The translations under genes and the position numbers were made by a program. Source: Longivirga aurantiaca (GTDB lineage: Bacteria; Actinomycetota; Actinomycetes; S36-B12; CAIYMF01). From it: a DNA stretch of 9,991 nucleotides. The notes under the pieces are model-generated. The model saw only the letters and a program-made list of their open reading frames with translations. It was not told where the DNA came from and searched no databases. Where the stretch lies: positions 1 to 9,991 of the forward strand of contig NZ_JBHSTI010000038.1 of NCBI RefSeq assembly GCF_042660085.1, written 5' to 3'. Positions 5,225-9,991 of the stretch are shown piece by piece. How positions within the stretch are numbered: position 1 is the first letter of the stretch; every line of letters begins with the position of its first letter.

Positions 5225-6199
5225 TCAGGCGCGGAAGGGCTGGATGCCGTCCGGCGGGACGGTGCCGAGGCGGCCGGCCTGGAAGTCCTCGAAGGCCTGC
5301 ACGAGCTCGCGCTGGGTGTTCATGACGAACGGGCCGTGCCACGCGATCGGCTGGCGGATCGGCTCGCCGCCGAGGATCACGACGTCGAGGCCGCCGAGAC
5401 GGCTCTCCTGCGTCGGGTCGGCGTTCACCGTGAGGGTCGCGCCGGGGCCGAAGACCGCGAGCTGGCCGGTCGTGATCGGGCGCTTCTCCTCGCCGACCGT
5501 GCCGGTGCCGGAGAGCACGTACACGAGCGCGTTGAAGTCCTGGCGCCACGGGATCGTCATCTGCGCGCCGCTGGAGATCGAGGCGTGCACCATCGCCATC
5601 GGCGTGTGGGTCGAGCCGGGGCCGGTGTGGCCGCCGACGTCGCCGGCGATGACGCGCAGCAGCGCGCCGCCGTCGTCGCTCGAGAGCAGCAGCACCTCGC
5701 TGGCGCGGAGGTCCTGGTACTTCGGCGCGCTCATCTTGGCCTCGCGCGGGAGGTTGACCCAGAGCTGCAGGCCGTGGAACAGGCCGCCGCTCATGACGAG
5801 CGACTCGGGCGGGGTCTCGATGTGCAGCAGGCCGGAACCCGCGGTCATCCACTGCGTGTCGCCGTTGGTGATCGAGCCTCCGCCGCCGTGCGAGTCCTGG
5901 TGGATGAACGAGCCGTCCATGATGTAGGTGACGGTCTCGAAGCCGCGGTGCGGGTGCCACGGGGTGCCCTTGGGCTCGCCCGGCGCGTACTCCACCTCGC
6001 CCATCTGATCCATCATGATGAACGGGTCGAGCACCTCGGCCGCGACTCCGGCGAACGCGCGACGGACGGGGAAGCCCTCGCCCTCGAAGCCGGTCGGTGC
6101 CGTGGTGATGCTGCGGACGGGTCGTGCCGGCGCGAGGCCCGGGTCGGGGCGCCGCACGCGCGGCAGCACGGTGATGTCGTCGACGGTGACGGCGGGCAT
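5225..6199 (-). CDS. Pirin family bicupin protein (quercetin 2,3-dioxygenase-like)
   Basis: ORF 5225..6265. It has the N-terminal cupin metal-binding motif WHPHRGFETVTY and two cupin halves. I chose ATG at 6199 because GGAGG (complement of 6206-6210) lies 6 nt upstream. Confidence 0.92.
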   Translation of the reverse strand: MPAVTVDDITVLPRVRRPDPGLAPARPVRSITTAPTGFEGEGFPVRRAFAGVAAEVLDPFIMMDQMGEVEYAPGEPKGTPWHPHRGFETVTYIMDGSFIHQDSHGGGGSITNGDTQWMTAGSGLLHIETPPESLVMSGGLFHGLQLWVNLPREAKMSAPKYQDLRASEVLLLSSDDGGALLRVIAGDVGGHTGPGSTHTPMAMVHASISSGAQMTIPWRQDFNALVYVLSGTGTVGEEKRPITTGQLAVFGPGATLTVNADPTQESRLGGLDVVILGGEPIRQPIAWHGPFVMNTQRELVQAFEDFQAGRLGTVPPDGIQPFRA

Positions 6200-6250
6200 C
6201 GCAGACCTCCAGCAGGCCGGGTTCCGGTCGCGCACCGGGCGGCGCGCATC

Positions 6251-6268
6251 TAGTTCAATGCTCAACTA
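6251..6268. promoter_or_regulatory. Imperfect palindrome TAGTTCAATGCTCAACTA in the pirin upstream region (candidate operator)
   Basis: 6 of 7 arm positions are complementary. It sits in an AT-richer stretch 52-69 nt upstream of the pirin ATG. Confidence 0.3.
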
Positions 6269-6366
6269 TCAGCACATGTTCCCGATCGCGCAAGTCGATC
6301 ACGCCGTGCCCCGCGCCGCCGAGCCTTCGCCGTACGTCGTGATGGCCAGAATTGTTCGGCTCTATG

Positions 6367-6387
6367 GGATGAAGGTCGCCTTCATCC
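6367..6387. promoter_or_regulatory. Perfect 9-bp-arm palindrome GGATGAAGG-TCG-CCTTCATCC (candidate operator or hairpin)
   Basis: Exact inverted repeat read directly from the sequence. The same core GATGAAGG/CCTTCATC recurs at 6409-6417, 687-695 and 775-783. Confidence 0.4.
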
Positions 6388-6420
6388 ACTAGAGCCGGAC
6401 GAATGGTCCCTTCATCGCGA

Positions 6421-6456
6421 ACGGCCGCCCGGGACCGTGGGGTCCGGGGCGGCCGT
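6421..6456 (-). terminator. Very stable GC hairpin 23 nt after the OsmC stop codon (candidate terminator without a U-tract)
   Basis: ACGGCCGCCCGGGACC (6421-6436) pairs with GGTCCGGGGCGGCCGT (6441-6456) at 15 of 16 positions. The loop is GTGG. Confidence 0.55.
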
Positions 6457-6478
6457 CGTGCGGTGCTGGGGTGCGGGA

Positions 6479-6922
6479 TCAGGCGTCGAGCAGGGTGGCC
6501 TCGACGCTGATGTCCTCGACGCCGGCGAGGGCGCGGCTGATGATGCAGCCGGCCTTGGCGGTCGCCGCGGCCTCGGCGAAGCGTGCCTGGTCAACGCCCG
6601 GGACGACGCCGTCCACCGAGATCACGATCTTCGTGATGGCCTGCTGGCCCGCGGCGTTCTTGTCGAGGGTCACCTCGGCGCTCGCGGCCAGCGAGGTCGG
6701 CGGCGTGCCGGCCTTGGACAGCTCGTTCGACAGCGACATCGCGAAGCACGCGGAGTGGGCGGCGGCTACGAGCTCCTCGGGGCTCGTCTGGCCCTCGGGC
6801 TCGCCGGCGCGGCGCGGGAAGGTCACGGGGAACTGGCCGGCGTCGCTGGAGTCGAGCGACACGACGCCGTTGCCGGTCATCAGGTCACCGGTCCACGAGG
6901 TGGATGCGTCACGAACGGGCAC
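6479..6922 (-). CDS. osmC: OsmC family peroxiredoxin (organic hydroperoxide reductase-like)
   Basis: ORF 6479..7039. Both conserved Cys contexts are present (AAHSACFAMSL and KAGCIISRAL). I chose GTG at 6922, giving MPVRDASTSWTGDL (a typical OsmC N-terminus, 147 aa), with GGAG 5 nt upstream. Confidence 0.88.
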   Translation of the reverse strand: MPVRDASTSWTGDLMTGNGVVSLDSSDAGQFPVTFPRRAGEPEGQTSPEELVAAAHSACFAMSLSNELSKAGTPPTSLAASAEVTLDKNAAGQQAITKIVISVDGVVPGVDQARFAEAAATAKAGCIISRALAGVEDISVEATLLDA

Positions 6923-6969
6923 AGGTGCTCCAAGGGTCAGGGGTACGGGGGAGGACGTACGACTGAGGT

Positions 6970-6995
6970 AACCCTTCCTCAGCCGCCGTTGTTCC
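6970..6995 (-). promoter_or_regulatory. Candidate ECF sigma (SigH/SigR-type) promoter GGAAC-N18-GTT upstream of osmC
   Basis: The minus strand reads GGAAC (complement of 6991-6995), then 18 nt, then GTT (complement of 6970-6972). This is about 48 nt upstream of the osmC start. It matches the GGAA(T/C)-N17-18-GTT pattern known for the thiol-oxidative-stress ECF sigma factors of actinobacteria. Confidence 0.35.
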
Positions 6996-7024
6996 GCGAA
7001 CGCGCTGCGCACCGACCGACTCTC

Positions 7025-7085
7025 CGAGTTACTGCCCACAAGGCCCTATGGAGCGCTCCATAGCGACCTTGTGGGCAGTAACTCG
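7025..7085. repeat. Intergenic long-hairpin repeat family B, copy 2 (19-bp outer stem plus nested perfect 18-nt palindrome)
   Basis: CGAGTTACTGCCCACAAGG (7025-7043) is the exact reverse complement of 7067-7085. The inner CTATGGAGCGCTCCATAG (7046-7063) is a perfect palindrome. The element lies 26 nt after the stop of the upstream gene. Confidence 0.85.
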
Positions 7086-7111
7086 CGGAGGGGACGGACG
7101 GCGCGGATGGG

Positions 7112-8083
7112 TCAGGACGCGGTGAGGCGGTGGATGTCGCCGTGCACCTCGAGGCCGGCGCAGTGGCCGGTGTCCTCGAGCAGCACACGGCCGTCGGCGT
7201 CGGTGAGCCGCACCTGCACGGTGGCGTCGAGCGTCTCCTCGACCCGCCGGTGCATCTCGGTGCGGATCGGCGCGTGCAGCAGGCCGCCGCGCGGGCGGTC
7301 GGCCGTGATGTCGAGCGTGGCGCCGCGGCGCGAGCGCAGCGTCCAGCGCACCTCGTCGTCGTCGACCTCGATGCGCGTCGTCTTCGCGCCGTTGTACGTC
7401 GTGAACTTGTGCAGCACGCCGCTGTGCTTGAGGCCGACGATGTGGCCGGGGAACTCCGAGCGCAGCCACGGGATCACCGCGATCGAGCCGGTGAGGCACG
7501 TGCCCGGGTCGCTGAAGTGGTTGGTCTGCAGCCACACGTACCCCGCCGGGAAGGCCGCGCCCCAGTCCTTCTCGAGATAGCCGCGGCCGCCGTCGAAGGA
7601 CGACGTCGTGCCCGCGTGCGTCAGCGAGCCCTGCAGGTCGTGGCCGAACGACACCACGCCGTGCTTGCACTCCATCTTCGGCACCCACGCGTACCAGCCC
7701 ATGACGCCGGGCGAGAGCAGCGAGACCGGCCACGGGTCGAGCGGCGTCGTGAACCGCACCTCGCCCTGCAGCGATGGCAGGTCGAGCACCACGCCGCGGT
7801 CGGAGAAGCGGTTCGGCCCGACGCGCACCGAGAAGCGGTCGGCCTCGGCGCCGAACTCCGACACGTCGTACTGGTGGTACCAGCTCTCGCCGGTGGCGCC
7901 GTCCAGCACCTGCACGAACGCCTCGCCCGAGCCGTCGGGCGCGAGGAAGACGCCGGGGATCACGGCGAACCGTGCACCCCGGTCGGCCGCGACGAGCTTG
8001 ACGTACCAGCCCTCGAAGTAGGAGGAGCGCACGCTCTGCCCGTGGAAACCTTCGGGGTGCAGGACCCCGGTCGCGAGACCCAT
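7112..8083 (-). CDS. Tocopherol cyclase-like family protein
   Basis: ORF 7112..8167. It has the family-typical N-terminal HPEGFHG...SYFEGWYVKL and, further in, LEKDWGAAFPAGYVWLQ. I chose ATG at 8083 (MGLATGVLHPEGFHG); ATG at 8161 or GTG at 8167 cannot be excluded. Confidence 0.75.
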   Translation of the reverse strand: MGLATGVLHPEGFHGQSVRSSYFEGWYVKLVAADRGARFAVIPGVFLAPDGSGEAFVQVLDGATGESWYHQYDVSEFGAEADRFSVRVGPNRFSDRGVVLDLPSLQGEVRFTTPLDPWPVSLLSPGVMGWYAWVPKMECKHGVVSFGHDLQGSLTHAGTTSSFDGGRGYLEKDWGAAFPAGYVWLQTNHFSDPGTCLTGSIAVIPWLRSEFPGHIVGLKHSGVLHKFTTYNGAKTTRIEVDDDEVRWTLRSRRGATLDITADRPRGGLLHAPIRTEMHRRVEETLDATVQVRLTDADGRVLLEDTGHCAGLEVHGDIHRLTAS

Positions 8084-8365
8084 GCGTCGGACGCTACCTC
8101 GCGCCGCCAGCCGGCAGGGCGGATGCGGCCGCACGGTCGAGGCGGGTGCGGGCGTGGTCATCGCCACACGGGTCGGAGGGAACCCGCACGTCGCAGGCTC
8201 TCGGGCTTCCGCCGACGCCCGCTGACCGGTTGCAGAGCGTGAGCGTGCGGCAGTCGTCGTGTGATACTCCCGGAGGCGGTTCGCTCGGCGGCCGCACCCG
8301 TGAGCCGGTTTCGTCCGGAGAGCCAGTGCCCGGCCCAGCGCCGGAGGACAGGGGCGACGTACGCC

Positions 8366-9991
8366 ATGAAGACCCGCACCAGCACGCGCCTTCCGCGCAC
8401 CGCGACCTTCGTCGCCGCGGCGGCCCTCGCCGTCGGCACGCTGCCCGCGCTCGCCGCGAGCGCATCAGCCGCAACCGTCGAGGCCGACCCGACGAACTTC
8501 CCCCGCTTCGGCTACATCACGTACGACGGCGGCGCCCACGACGCGACGACCGACAAGCTGTGGGTGACCGACGGCAGCACCTGGGGCCCGGGCACCCTGC
8601 TGACCCCCAACTCGTACGCCTACTCGTACGACGTCTCCCACGACGGCGAGGTGCTCGCAGTCTCCGGCCAGTCGCGCGCGCTCACCGTGCCGGCGCTGAA
8701 CACGACGTACGGCCTGCTCGTCGTCGACAAGAACGGCCCCGACCCCGATGTGACCACCAACGTCACGACGATCGTCGAGTCGAACCCGGTCGTCTCGCCC
8801 CTCGGCGACTTCGTCTACTGGGTCGACTCCGGCGCGATCTGGCGGTACGTCGTCGACACGGGCGTGACCACCAAGGTCTCCACCAACTTCGCGCCCAAGG
8901 CCGGCGAGGTCGTCGGCCGGCTCGCGATCTCCGACAACGGTGCCGCGGCCGCCGTGGTGTTCACCGTCAACTCCTCCTCCGGCGCGCTCATCTCGAGCCG
9001 CATCCGCGCCGGCCGCCTCGACGGCGTCGGCACCGAGAAGGAGTACTCGCAGAGCGTCGCCTCGGGCCTCAGCTATCCCGTCGGCTCGACCCTGGTGTTC
9101 ACCTCCGACACCGAGGTGGCGTTCAACGTGTGGCGCAGCGGGAACCTGACGAGCACGTGGTCGATCTCCGGCATCGGCGCCACCGCCGTGGCCGACACCT
9201 CGATCGGCCTCGGCGCGGTCTACGACCTCAGCACCGACGGCACGAGCTGGTACTCGTTCCAGGACATCGTCAGCGGCACGCAGGTGGCCAAGACCGTGAG
9301 CCCCTACGACACCGGCGTGTTCGAGGACTTCCCGCGCGGTTCCGGCACCGTGCGCTACGTGCCCGCGACGACCCAGCCGGGCGTGGCTGCTCCGACCGTC
9401 GACGCCGTGGTCAACCGCGCGTCCGCGACGTCGTACCTCTTCCTCGCCAAGAGCGCGGTGCCCACCGGCACGAAGGTGATGTACGCGAGCCTCGCGGCCT
9501 ACCTCGAGGACGCGACCGGCACGCGCGGCGCGGACGTGAAGGCGCAGACCCGCTACGGCCAGCTGAAGTCGTCGGTCAACGGCGGCGCGACGTTCACGAC
9601 CACGGCCACCACCGGTGCCGGGTCGAGGCTGCTCACCTGGCCGACCGGCGCACCGTTCGGCAACGGCTACACCGCGGCTCTCACGCGCAACACCTGGTTC
9701 CAGTGGTGCTTCCAGGGCGACGCCTACGTGGCCGCCGACTGCTCGATCACCAAGAAGGTCACGGTGAACCCGACCGTCTCGGTGGGCGTGCAGACCTCGG
9801 GCAGCACCAAGCGCGTGTACGGCAAGGCTGCACGCACCGGCGGCACCGCGGTGCTCTACCGCTACGTGAACGGCTCCTGGGTCGTCGTGACGACGGCTGC
9901 GGTGTCGAGCACCGGCACGTTCAGCTTCGGCTTCCGCACGCTGCCGCGCGGCAGCTACAAGGCCACCACCAAGGCCGACACCTACTGGGGC
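8366..9991 (+). CDS. Secreted protein with a TolB/PD40-like beta-propeller region and C-terminal beta-sandwich (Ig-like) modules; 3' end beyond the window
   Basis: It is not in the supplied ORF track because no stop codon falls inside the window. Hand translation from ATG 8366 gives 542 uninterrupted codons with very high third-position GC. The N-terminus MKTRTSTRLPRTATFVAAAALAVGTLPALAASASA is a Sec-type signal peptide. Propeller-blade-like repeats include YDVSHDGEVLAVSG, DFVYWVDSGAIWRY and GRLAISDNGAAAAVVF. The C-terminal module is KRVYGKAARTGGTAVLYRYVNGSWVVVTTAAVSSTGTFSF. Confidence 0.8.
   Translation, partial: MKTRTSTRLPRTATFVAAAALAVGTLPALAASASAATVEADPTNFPRFGYITYDGGAHDATTDKLWVTDGSTWGPGTLLTPNSYAYSYDVSHDGEVLAVSGQSRALTVPALNTTYGLLVVDKNGPDPDVTTNVTTIVESNPVVSPLGDFVYWVDSGAIWRYVVDTGVTTKVSTNFAPKAGEVVGRLAISDNGAAAAVVFTVNSSSGALISSRIRAGRLDGVGTEKEYSQSVASGLSYPVGSTLVFTSDTEVAFNVWRSGNLTSTWSISGIGATAVADTSIGLGAVYDLSTDGTSWYSFQDIVSGTQVAKTVSPYDTGVFEDFPRGSGTVRYVPATTQPGVAAPTVDAVVNRASATSYLFLAKSAVPTGTKVMYASLAAYLEDATGTRGADVKAQTRYGQLKSSVNGGATFTTTATTGAGSRLLTWPTGAPFGNGYTAALTRNTWFQWCFQGDAYVAADCSITKKVTVNPTVSVGVQTSGSTKRVYGKAARTGGTAVLYRYVNGSWVVVTTAAVSSTGTFSFGFRTLPRGSYKATTKADTYWG

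Noticed and set aside
6258-6392. 44-aa + strand ORF (MLNYQHMFPIAQVDHAVPRAAEPSPYVVMARIVRLYGMKVAFIH) divergent from pirin
   Set aside because: It has no Shine-Dalgarno sequence and no recognisable domain. It overlaps two palindromic candidate operators. Third-position GC is fairly high but not decisive. I cannot support it without conservation or Ribo-seq data.

Overview
High-GC (about 70 percent or more, judged by eye) actinobacterial-style chromosomal window. I can support nine protein genes. A YbhB/YbcL-type PEBP protein lies on the + strand. A same-strand (-) string follows: a 52-aa cysteine-rich zinc-ribbon microprotein, a Gfo/Idh/MocA oxidoreductase, a GH36 alpha-galactosidase, a pirin, an OsmC peroxiredoxin and a tocopherol-cyclase-like protein. 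Last is a divergent (+) secreted beta-propeller-like protein that runs off the right edge, so it is missing from the supplied ORF track. These genes do not form any system I recognise. The unusual content is non-coding. (1) The left ~500 bp is a tandem array of five ~90-97-bp units. Each unit carries two short hairpins, and all ten loops are GNRA tetraloops (GAGA or GCAA) on the minus strand. Stems change sequence between units but stay complementary. The array abuts a ~150-bp low-GC island full of short repeats; this is a leader-plus-array layout but not CRISPR. (2) Two intergenic repeat families each occur twice. One is a ~76-bp element (1423-1498 and 5075-5150, 62/76 identical by hand count). 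The other is a ~62-bp long-hairpin element with shared GAGTTACTGCCCA termini and compensatory inner-stem changes (1750-1811 and 7025-7085). (3) A GATGAAGG/CCTTCATC motif recurs in two intergenic regions. The hairpin array plus its leader-like island is my best candidate for something undescribed, either a structured RNA array or a hairpin-DNA locus. The main alternative is an edge-truncated or frameshifted acidic repeat protein. All coordinates and counts were derived by hand.
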